Under the pieces are notes generated by a model, which was not told the DNA's origin, did no database searches, and saw only the letters and a list, made by a program, of their open reading frames with translations. Source: Maritimibacter sp. (GTDB lineage: Bacteria; Pseudomonadota; Alphaproteobacteria; Rhodobacterales; Rhodobacteraceae). Taken from it: a stretch of DNA of 64,000 nt. Shown here piece after piece: positions 19,058-27,359 of this stretch; the first letter of the stretch is position 1; each line of letters starts with the position of its first letter. The translations under genes were made by a program, and so were the position numbers. The stretch is from assembly GCA_050633625.1 (NCBI GenBank), contig JBOEGW010000002.1, forward strand, positions 565-64,564, written 5' to 3'.

Positions 19058-20986
19058 TTAGAATTCCATCTCGTCGTCGAGTCCGCGGTCACGGCCAAGA
19101 TCCCGGCCCAACTCCTGCGCCTCTTGCTGGCCGCGCAGCCGGGCGACCTCGGTCGCCTTGTCCTGCTGCAACCCGGCGGCGCGGTCGGTGAAGACCTGGT
19201 CGCCGGTCTCCTCGAAGGTCATCTCCAGGAACTCCTGCGTGACGGTGATCTGGTCGAGCTTACTCGGCAGGGCAGCGTCCAGCACCTCGTAGTTGCCACG
19301 GCGTAGCTCGGCCAAGCCCTCCTCCCCCAATTCCTTGAAGAGCTCGGATTGCAGGGTTCGCTCGACTGTCTCTTCCTGTGCCTCGGTGAGCTTGCCATCG
19401 CGCAACATGTCGGCGAGGTCCTGCAGGTAGGGATTGGGCGTCCGGTCGTCCTCGTCGATGAGGGGCAGCGTCGCCTCTTCCTCATCGGCAAGGGTCCGGC
19501 CGATCTCGACGCCCAGTTCTTTCGCGCGTTCCATCAACGCGTCCATCACGCCGTCGACCTTTTCGAGCGCGGCATCCAGTTGGTCATCATTGGCCGTCTC
19601 GACGCTGAGACCGTCTTTGGCCAGCACCGCGTTCATGTCCCGCTCGACCCAGTCCTGCGCCATGCCGTAGTTCCGCGTGCCACCCGCCGCGATCCGGGCT
19701 ACCAGTTCCTCGCTGTCCATTCCGGCCTCCTCGGCGCGCTCGAGCACATCGCGGAGCCCCTCGTCATTGCCGGACTGCAGCGCGGCAATCAGCACCTCGC
19801 TGCCCGCCCCCGGCGGATAGGGTTCCTCCAGCTGCTTGCCAAACCGCGCCCGCAGGTCCGGGTCCGGCACCATCTGCGAGAGGTCCGCGATGATCGGTGC
19901 GGCCTTGGCTTCAAAAGCGGCACGCTCCGCCGGATCCAGTTCTTCGGCCTTGAGCCTGAGCGCCTCGATCGTGCGCTCGGAATAGTCGATCGCATCACCG
20001 ACGGTCTTGATGTCCTTCATGTCTATCTCTCCTTCGGTGAAATTCCACGGCGTGCCCGAGCCAAGCCCGTCCGCCAAGCCGCGTACGGCACGTGCCATGT
20101 GGCGCTGGTCCATCCGGTCCAGCAGGTCGGCGAGGTTCTTGTAGTCCTTGGCGAAGCCCACCACCTGCGCCTGCGCGATGGCGGATTCCTGGGCCGTCAT
20201 GACGATCTCGCGCGGCAGGCGGGCCTCTTCCTTGGCGCGGTAGATCTCCTCGATCCCGGCGGGCTTCTCGAAGATGCCGCGCTCGAGCCGGGTCGTGGCG
20301 TCGAGCATCACGCCATACGCTTCGGCGATCTCGGCCTGCTTCTCGCGCATGAGCTGCGGCGACATCACACCCTCGGCCCAGCAGGAGAACCAGGTGCCCT
20401 TCTCGACGCCGCGGTTGTTCAGGATGATGTGCGCGTGTTTGTGCGCCCGGTCGTCATGGACCGCGAGGACATAGTCCCACTGATCGCCATATTCGCCGCT
20501 CTCGAAGAAATGCTCCGTCCAGTCCATGGCGATGTCGCGCACCTGATCGACCGTGACGTCGGTCGGGAAGGACAGAAGCATGTGCGAGGTGAACCCGAGC
20601 TTGGTCGAGCCGCGCCAGGTCCCGGCCCAATCCTCGATGATGTTCTCTTTCTGATCCTCAGAAAGCACCGCCGCACCGGTCAGCGCATTGGTCATCGTCG
20701 AATAGGTGTAGACCGCCTTGTCGTTGACGTAGGAGATCTGCGCTCCGAGCGAAGCACGCGTCTTGCAGCCTCCAGCCCGGATCCGCTTGAACACCGCCGC
20801 CCGGCTCTGACCCGACGCAGCCTTCAGCGCGTTGCGCGCCGACATGGATCCGACGCGCGCGAAACTCCGCCCCTGCCGACGCCCCGCCAGCCGCGCGTCG
20901 ATCCGCGCCGCGGCCTGACCCCGGATGCGCTCATCCTCCCAGAGCCGGCCCATGACCGAAGTGTAGAGGGCGAGGGGATCAGGCAT
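19058..20986 (-). CDS. virD2: Conjugative relaxase, VirD2/TraI(RP4)-like
   Basis: His-triad motif LAVHDDRAHKHAHIILNNRG. N-terminal Tyr-containing segment GAQISYVNDKAVYTY. Lies directly upstream of virD4. Confidence 0.85.
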   Translation of the reverse strand: MPDPLALYTSVMGRLWEDERIRGQAAARIDARLAGRRQGRSFARVGSMSARNALKAASGQSRAAVFKRIRAGGCKTRASLGAQISYVNDKAVYTYSTMTNALTGAAVLSEDQKENIIEDWAGTWRGSTKLGFTSHMLLSFPTDVTVDQVRDIAMDWTEHFFESGEYGDQWDYVLAVHDDRAHKHAHIILNNRGVEKGTWFSCWAEGVMSPQLMREKQAEIAEAYGVMLDATTRLERGIFEKPAGIEEIYRAKEEARLPREIVMTAQESAIAQAQVVGFAKDYKNLADLLDRMDQRHMARAVRGLADGLGSGTPWNFTEGEIDMKDIKTVGDAIDYSERTIEALRLKAEELDPAERAAFEAKAAPIIADLSQMVPDPDLRARFGKQLEEPYPPGAGSEVLIAALQSGNDEGLRDVLERAEEAGMDSEELVARIAAGGTRNYGMAQDWVERDMNAVLAKDGLSVETANDDQLDAALEKVDGVMDALMERAKELGVEIGRTLADEEEATLPLIDEDDRTPNPYLQDLADMLRDGKLTEAQEETVERTLQSELFKELGEEGLAELRRGNYEVLDAALPSKLDQITVTQEFLEMTFEETGDQVFTDRAAGLQQDKATEVARLRGQQEAQELGRDLGRDRGLDDEMEF

Positions 20987-21599
20987 TCCTGACCAGCCTC
21001 AGACGGCCGCCGGTCGCGGGCGGGTCATCCTCCAGAACCGCGCTCTCCGTCCCCTGCCTTTCTTCCTTTTGCGGCCACTCCTGAGCGCGCAAGACCTGCG
21101 CCGCATCCTTCATCCGGCCCATCTCACGGCTCATGGACTGCGCCAGATCGAGCAGTTCGATCAGCACCGCACGGTCCGCCTCCGCGACCTCCAGCCGACC
21201 GCGATGGACCGCCTTGGCGAGCGCCAGTCCCGTGTCGCTCACGTCCTTCGCCTGACGCCACGCAGCACAGAATTCCGAGACCAGATCACGGGGTACATCG
21301 AGGAACCCGCACCGTCCGCGCAGCACCGCATTGAGCGCCTGGGACCGGTTGGCAAAACCCCGTTCGCGCCACTCGGCATCGAAGGCGTCCAGTTCGGATC
21401 GGCTTGCCCGGAACGACACCGTCTCGCTCGGATCGCGCACCGCGATGCCCTCGCCCGCCTCCTCTTTCGCGAGCCGGTTCACGTGGCGCGGAGAGATGCC
21501 GAACGCGGCCGCCAGGTCCTTCGCGCTCTCCCCCGCAGCAAAGCGCCGCGCGAGTTCGATGCGCTCTTCAAGCTTCAGGTTTTTCGCTGGTCTCGGCAC
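20979..21599 (-). CDS. Relaxosome accessory / HTH protein
   Basis: First gene of the relaxase operon, 8-nt overlap with the relaxase start. HTH-like ELARRFAAGESAKDLAAAFGISPRHVNRLAKE. GTG at 21599 preceded by GGGAGAA. The ORF is open to 21692. Confidence 0.6.
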   Translation of the reverse strand: MPRPAKNLKLEERIELARRFAAGESAKDLAAAFGISPRHVNRLAKEEAGEGIAVRDPSETVSFRASRSELDAFDAEWRERGFANRSQALNAVLRGRCGFLDVPRDLVSEFCAAWRQAKDVSDTGLALAKAVHRGRLEVAEADRAVLIELLDLAQSMSREMGRMKDAAQVLRAQEWPQKEERQGTESAVLEDDPPATGGRLRLVRNA

Positions 21600-21733
21600 T
21601 AGGGCGTTCTCCCGCTTCCAGAAAAAGGATGCATGCGCAGACGCGCGCGAGGCAGCGATTGCTCGCAATCGCGTTCGCGTGCGGCGGAGCATTCAGCTTT
21701 GCGGGAAACGCCCATGACAGACCCCTCGGACAA

Positions 21734-21762
21734 AATGTGCAAACATTGGCCATATCCTGCCA
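21734..21762 (+). other. Candidate oriT nick region
   Basis: ATATCCTGCCA (21752-21762) matches the conserved nick core of T-DNA borders and RP4 oriT (ATCCTG/C). A short hairpin AATGT-gcaa-ACATT (21734-21747) lies just 5' of it. Located about 150 nt upstream of the relaxase operon. Confidence 0.5.
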
Positions 21763-22140
21763 ACGTCTTCCTTCTCTCCTTCGCTTATACTTCAATAAAT
21801 CACATTGTGCAATATTACGTTTTGCGTGTCGTGTATTTTTGCAGGCATTGGCCGCCGTCAAGACCCCGCGTCGCGGCGCGACATGGGACGGGTCCCGCCC
21901 TCATCGATGCAGGACAAGCAGGTCGAAAAAGCTAACGAAACTTGTGTTCAAGACGCACGCTGCGACACGCAAACCGAACGCCCGAGCCGTTCACGGATCG
22001 GGCGCCAGGAACACGAAAACGGCCCGCGCGGGATGGCGCGTGTCACGCCCGTTTGGGGCGTCACAATGTTGGTAAGGATCAATGTCTGACCCCTGCGGAT
22101 CCGAAGACCCGCAGGGGTATCTGGGTCAGTGACCCAGTCC

Positions 22141-22302
22141 CTAAGAGCGCAGATCGTCGTAACGGCTGCGGGCGATCAGCGCCTCGGTCTCGAGGCTGTC
22201 GAGGGTCTCCGGATGGGCGTCGTCATCGAAGGCGGCGAGGTAGGCATCGAAGGCCATGTCGGCTTGCAGTTCGGCGAGGTCTATGGATTGTTCGAGTGTC
22301 AT
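22141..22302 (-). CDS. Small acidic hypothetical protein (53 aa)
   Basis: ATG at 22302 preceded by GGAAAGGA. Product MTLEQSIDLAELQADMAFDAYLAAFDDDAHPE... Followed by hairpins at 22090-22137. Confidence 0.4.
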   Translation of the reverse strand: MTLEQSIDLAELQADMAFDAYLAAFDDDAHPETLDSLETEALIARSRYDDLRS

Positions 22303-22896
22303 GGTGTGATCCTTTCCGTTGATCGTCGTTGGACGGATCGTGGAAAAGGCCGGGGGAATGAGAGCGGGCTGCACCCGGCACGGGGCGGAATGAAATGGAG
22401 CACGCCGGGGGCGGGTTTGTTGTGAGCGATGCCCCGCAGCGCTCAAGGCGCCAGCCGTCCAGAAACCTGCCCCCGGCGTTGCCGACCGCTCGACCCCGGG
22501 CTAGCGATCTCTAAGGCCAACAGGTCGACGGAAAGGCGCGCGGCGGTGACACTGACGTGAGACGTTGCCCCGGGATGCATGACGATGATTTGCGATTTCG
22601 TTGCCTGCGGCACAGGGGGAGTTCGGCGCCCCTGGCAGCTTCGCCAAGACGACCCAAGCGCTGGTCGCTCGAATGAGAGAAGGGGTGCGCTTGCATCGCT
22701 CAGTGGGCTCCCAGTTCTCCCTGCTTACATTCGGTTCCGCCACGGATTCGCGCGATCCACTCTGTCCCTCAACAGAACGATCAAAGCTGCTTCTGCGATC
22801 GATCCAGTCAGACTATCCGCCTCGGTGTCAGCGTCCGAAATATGCCGCGTTCTTCGGACACGGGTATCGGACCCGAACTGCTGCCATTCCTCAGAA

Positions 22897-22929
22897 CGAG
22901 AAAAAGCCAGACCGCCGAAGCGGTCTGGC
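22897..22929 (-). terminator. Rho-independent terminator of DUF736 copy A
   Basis: On the minus strand GCCAGACCGC-TTCG-GCGGTCTGGC is followed by TTTTTCT, 8 nt after the stop. Confidence 0.65.
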
Positions 22930-22936
22930 CCTTGGC

Positions 22937-23275
22937 TTAGGCGGCGTCTTTGGGACCCCAGGGGATGACCGCCTGAAGGGACAGATCGTCCTGGTTCGCG
23001 GCCTTGCCGAGGTTGGCGTTGAAGCCGTGATCGCGGATGGTCAGCGTGTAGTAGTCGGCGCCGGTCTCCTTGTTCTGCTTCTTCCAGATGCCGCCGCACT
23101 CGACCAGCTTGCCGCGCGGGGAGCGGCCGAGGACGCGGTGCGTAGGGGCCATCGGGTTCGCGCTTGCGACAGGTTCGACCGTGATGTCGAGGTCGAAGGT
23201 CAGGGTTGAGATGGAGCCTGTGCCCTTGGCGGTTTCGATGTCGGCGCTGGTGAATTTGATGCAGTTCGTGGTCAT
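22937..23275 (-). CDS. DUF736-family protein (copy A, 112 aa)
   Basis: MTTNCIKFTSADIETAKG...GGIWKKQNKETGADYYTLTIRDHGFNANLGKAA is the recognisable DUF736 pattern common on alphaproteobacterial conjugative elements. Start trimmed to ATG 23275. Confidence 0.85.
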   Translation of the reverse strand: MTTNCIKFTSADIETAKGTGSISTLTFDLDITVEPVASANPMAPTHRVLGRSPRGKLVECGGIWKKQNKETGADYYTLTIRDHGFNANLGKAANQDDLSLQAVIPWGPKDAA

Positions 23276-23474
23276 TGCTCTTCTCCTTGTTTGCGTTGCA
23301 ATGATGGTCACCTTGCAGCTGGCCAAGGCCCGGTCACACCGAAGGCGAAGCGCAGCGGAGAGGGGCAGGCGCCGGTCTTTTTGCTCCGCGCGGAATGACC
23401 CGCAGGGGCAGGGGAAAAAGATCGGCGACAACCTTTGTGGACGGGACGACAGCTGCGACCAGCATGTCATGCAA
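22941..23474. repeat. 534-bp direct repeat, copy A (partner at 50777..51310)
   Basis: Aligns without indels to 50777..51310 at a constant offset of 27,836 bp. Covers the DUF736 CDS (2 aa differences) plus about 200 nt of upstream leader. Confidence 0.9.
23372..23425 (-). promoter_or_regulatory. Conserved leader hairpin, copy A
   Basis: CCGGTCTTTTT ... AAAAAGATCGG arms enclose the conserved core GCTCCGCGCGGAATGACCCGCAGGGGCAGGGG. Lies 97-150 nt upstream of the DUF736 ATG. Confidence 0.55.
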
Positions 23475-24179
23475 AGCAACACATCGGGAGAAGTGCTCTG
23501 GCCAGGAAGGAAACTAGGTGATCTGCCGAGGGAGATGCTGCGGGGGGCGGTGTCTTCTCTGTCCTCTTGCCCGGAGACGCACCCGGACGGGTCAGAGCTT
23601 TGCCTGACCCTGCCTCACGCGCCGCCACGGCTGGTTTCCATGGCAACGCGATGTGTGTTGTCTGGCAGAGCAACTGGGAAACCGTCGGAGCCTCGACACC
23701 CTGCTCGGCTTACCCGGATTTCGAAAGGACCCTCCACGGCAGACCGAAGTATTACGATTTGCGCGTCACGACCACCACCAGCATTGTGCCAGCTGCGGCC
23801 AATACAATCCGGCGGTCGTCGGACCTCGTTTGCGGCCCATGATCGCGGCGCGGAGCTGCTTGTCCAGCAAAACGAGGACCAACACCGACCGAGACGCGAG
23901 GTACGTGATCACTGATGTCACGCGCCCGCCCCAGCGACCGAAACCGAAATGGCCGAGATGAAGCGTTGCCACGACCATGCGACGGCTGGTCGGGCTGGCT
24001 CCGGAGGAGACTGCGCTGCCAGCGGCACGTCGCAGGGAGAGGCGGCGTTTCAACTCGGGGAGGGCGGCTGCGTGCAGCCGACCGAGTAGGGTGCGGTCCT
24101 GGCCAAAGGGCAGGAGGGGCCAATGTTCCCCTTGAATGCTTCATCTTAAAAATCAAAAGTTACTTCAACGGCAGGGCCA

Positions 24180-24782
24180 TTGAGACAGACGGAACACACT
24201 TTGATTGAGCTGAAAATCGAACTGGTTGGCATCAAACCACCCATCTGGCGCCGTATACTCGTGCCGAATGACATCAGCTTGGACATCCTGCATTCCGTTC
24301 TCCAGGGCGCTATGCCTTGGCAGGACTATCATCTGCATGAGTTCGAGATTGGCGAAGACAGGTTCGAGGCCCGCGACGAACGTGACGACAGCTGGGACCC
24401 AAACGATGGCCGGAAAGACGAAAAGAAGTTTGCTCTTGGAGAGCTGGTCAAGAAAGGCAGTCAGTTCACATACACTTATGATTTCGGCGATGGTTGGCGA
24501 CATCTCGTCACTGTCGAGAAGGTTAGCAAGCCAACCGGAAGACCCGATCTGGACTTTCCTGCCTGTGTTGCCGGAGAACGCGCGTGTCCGCCAGAGGACA
24601 GTGGAGGGCCCTACTCTTACGAAGAGTTTCTCGACGCGCTGACCGACAAACGCCACCCGGAACATCGTGATACAAAGAAATGGGCCGGCGCGTTCGAACC
24701 GGAAGTGTTCAGCGTGCAGCAAGCCAATGCTGCCGTCGGTGCGATGTTTGTTTGGGCAAAAGAGCGCCGCGATCGAAAGTGA
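24180..24782 (+). CDS. Plasmid pRiA4b ORF-3-like family protein
   Basis: LKIELVGIKPPIWRRILVP...LHSVLQGAMPWQDYHLHEF...YTYDFGDGWRHLVTVEKV...CPPEDSGG is the hallmark pattern of this family. Confidence 0.85.
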   Translation: MRQTEHTLIELKIELVGIKPPIWRRILVPNDISLDILHSVLQGAMPWQDYHLHEFEIGEDRFEARDERDDSWDPNDGRKDEKKFALGELVKKGSQFTYTYDFGDGWRHLVTVEKVSKPTGRPDLDFPACVAGERACPPEDSGGPYSYEEFLDALTDKRHPEHRDTKKWAGAFEPEVFSVQQANAAVGAMFVWAKERRDRK

Positions 24783-25117
24783 GCCTAACGCTGTCTTGCA
24801 ACGCTTGCTCCGGCATAGACGTTGGCAATGTGATGCGATCTTCCGAAGCAGCGTCCAAAGAAACCATAAGCGCCGACGTGCAAACGGCACCGCAATAGGC
24901 AACCAAACCTGCTCGGGTAACGATAACCGAGAATTATTGTTACCGTACTGAGACGGCGCAAACCTGCTAAAACCAAATCGGTTTGCCTCTGGTTTTTGTC
25001 CAAGCTAGGCAACTGATTATTGGTGGTGCGCATCCTTCCGGCAAAACGGACCGTTCTTGACCCGCTTCTTGACATCCGTGACTGGCCTCCAAGGCTTGGT
25101 CGACAGGAAGTTTAGAC

Positions 25118-25438
25118 ATGCGTATTGTCTGCTCAAGAGCAATCGTTATCCGAAGGGGCACTCACTTGGCCTATGTAATTGTTGGCGTTTCAAGCACGAC
25201 CGGAACAATCCATCGACTCACACCGATGAAAGAGCGTGGCGAGTACCAACTAACGGCGCCAAAACTTACTGCCGACGAACGGAAGCGTGAAGTCAACTAT
25301 ACTTGGGTGGCTGATATTGAGGAGGTCGTTCGTCTCATTGAGAAGGAAGGCTATTATGCGCGGATGTACAACGTCGAAAACGATCAAGCTCCAGATATAA
25401 TTGCAAATCAGTTTATTAAGGTATTTCGACTGCCCTAA
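25118..25438 (+). CDS. Hypothetical protein (start uncertain; possibly ATG 25226)
   Basis: ORF only. The C-terminal 70 aa (MKERGEYQLTAPKLTADERK...) look protein-like. No motif recognised. Confidence 0.3.
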   Translation: MRIVCSRAIVIRRGTHLAYVIVGVSSTTGTIHRLTPMKERGEYQLTAPKLTADERKREVNYTWVADIEEVVRLIEKEGYYARMYNVENDQAPDIIANQFIKVFRLP

Positions 25439-25559
25439 GTCGTTGGGTTTGCTATAATCAAAATAAAACGGATTACTGACGTCGCCTAGCAATGTAATCC
25501 AACCTTTTATCTTACGCTGCTGACTATCCCGCCCGCCGTATTCCGGCATCACCAGCCTC

Positions 25560-26117
25560 ATGGCAGGATCCGGAATTTTACATCAACATGCAGCCAATTT
25601 AGGTGATCTTATGGAAGTTCTCTTTTCAACAACTCTCAAACCCATGGCCGACTTTGAGGTGGGAGAAATCGGTCTCTGCAACTTTGGCAGAGGGGCTGAA
25701 TTGGCCATGCTTGTCATCAAACTCGAGGAAGATCTTGGTTTCGCTACAATGCATGACCAGGGTGATGACCTGTTCAGTATTCACTATGTGGAGCACAGAC
25801 TTGACCTCTGCCTTTCGTATGGCCAAGACTGGAAGCTGGTGATCGACCCGACTGGGGATATCCAAATGGGAGGTTACGCTTCACCTGAAATTGGCGACAT
25901 GGTCATGTGGAACGGTGCCTATGGCTTGTGCGCGGCTCAGCCTCGAGGCCCCATGAAGAACAAGGTCAACTTTCCACTGACTGGCACCGTTTCTAATAGG
26001 TCACCCATCGAAGCAATATTTAAGTCTTGGAAAATTGTCCTCAACGAGAATGATCCCGAGACTGGCCTCGCTCCCGTAATCTTCCGCCGCCCCTCAAAGC
26101 AGGTTTCGCAGCCTTGA
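25560..26117 (+). CDS. Hypothetical protein (185 aa)
   Basis: Uninterrupted ORF in a low-GC region, convergent with the TIR gene. No motif recognised. Confidence 0.45.
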   Translation: MAGSGILHQHAANLGDLMEVLFSTTLKPMADFEVGEIGLCNFGRGAELAMLVIKLEEDLGFATMHDQGDDLFSIHYVEHRLDLCLSYGQDWKLVIDPTGDIQMGGYASPEIGDMVMWNGAYGLCAAQPRGPMKNKVNFPLTGTVSNRSPIEAIFKSWKIVLNENDPETGLAPVIFRRPSKQVSQP

Positions 26118-26143
26118 TTGAAACATTGCCAAAAGAAGGAACC

Positions 26144-27088
26144 CTACTGGAGTTGTTCGATCAGCATGTCCCAGTATAGTTCTGCTCCACCTTCAAATGT
26201 GAGCTTAACACCCTCTTGGCGACCAAACCCCATCCCAAGGCTTTTCATAAACAAGGCCTGCTCATCAGCTTCTACAGTAAGCTGCTCGTTGTAGCCGGTG
26301 GTGGCAGCGTTCTCGCTCCCTGAGAAGGCAATTCCACCAAAATGTTCTGACCCCATAAAAATGGTGCACGCACTGACTTTTTTGCCGTCGCGATAACAGA
26401 CTGCCGTGAACCTGTTGGCGTCGATACGCCGAAATGTCCCTTCGATCTCTGGATTACGAGCTGCAAGTTCGGTCAAAGAATTCTCAAAATACTTGGCCAT
26501 ATAGTCGAACGCCTCATGCAGAAAGGCGTCACGATCACGGTCTGTGAACGACTTGGATACTCTCAGATTGCTTGATCTAATGCCGGGATCGGCCATCATA
26601 GGTGAAACCGGCTGGGTGGCTTCAGGTAAAGCCTGAGATTGCGCTGAACCGCCAAGTCGCTTTGCCGCTTTCTGAACAGCTTGGGCAACCTCCCGAAACG
26701 CCTGATCTCTATCAGGCCACTGCGTGACTGGTTTTCCGTCGGTTGGAACTCCAAGAATTTTGCCAAATGGTGTATCGTGCCAAAGGCAATCACGCAAGAT
26801 GACTGGAATGACGATTGCTTCCTTCCGGTCATGCCTCTCAACGGCCCGCAACATCTCCTTTTCGTAGCAATATTCAGATGCAAGAAAATCGGAACTGATC
26901 AAAAGAAGTATGATGTCATCGTTCTCAACGTGAATGTCGATCTCACCACCAAACTCTTGGCCAGGATCAATTCGCCGGTCGTGCCATGTCTCGATCAAAC
27001 CTTGGCGTTTCAAGATTGCCAGTTGCTTTTCGAGCTGGTCGCGTAGCACCTCGTCGGCATGGCTGTAAGAGAAGAAAACTGAAGGCAT
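26144..27088 (-). CDS. TIR-domain protein with an unassigned C-terminal domain
   Basis: N-terminus SVFFSYSHADEVLRDQLEKQLAILKRQGLIETWHDRRIDPG...DIILLLISSDFLASEYCYEKEM...VIPVILRDC is the canonical bacterial TIR pattern, including the candidate catalytic Glu region. Residues about 150-314 are not assignable. Confidence 0.9.
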   Translation of the reverse strand: MPSVFFSYSHADEVLRDQLEKQLAILKRQGLIETWHDRRIDPGQEFGGEIDIHVENDDIILLLISSDFLASEYCYEKEMLRAVERHDRKEAIVIPVILRDCLWHDTPFGKILGVPTDGKPVTQWPDRDQAFREVAQAVQKAAKRLGGSAQSQALPEATQPVSPMMADPGIRSSNLRVSKSFTDRDRDAFLHEAFDYMAKYFENSLTELAARNPEIEGTFRRIDANRFTAVCYRDGKKVSACTIFMGSEHFGGIAFSGSENAATTGYNEQLTVEADEQALFMKSLGMGFGRQEGVKLTFEGGAELYWDMLIEQLQ

Positions 27089-27359
27089 CGCAATTCCAAA
27101 TCATATTATTCTGGAGTCTGTTTACCCGATTTTTTCTAGGCTGACAGTGGATTAAAGGATGTGCCCTTTGCCCCGATCCACGTCCCGCTAGTTCTCACGT
27201 TCGATGTCTAGCTCCCGCTCGTCCTGTTCTTGGTGATGGACGCTGATTGTGAAGGTCTCTGTGATCCCCAGATTTGGTCTGGCGAGTTTAATTGACTTTA
27301 CCACAACCAGCGAATAGCGATTTAGAGGAACAAATTAAGAACGAAGCGGAGTTATTTTC

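Noticed and set aside
24165-24902. 245-aa minus-strand ORF.
   Set aside because: It is fully antisense to the pRiA4b-ORF3-like gene, whose family signature is unambiguous.
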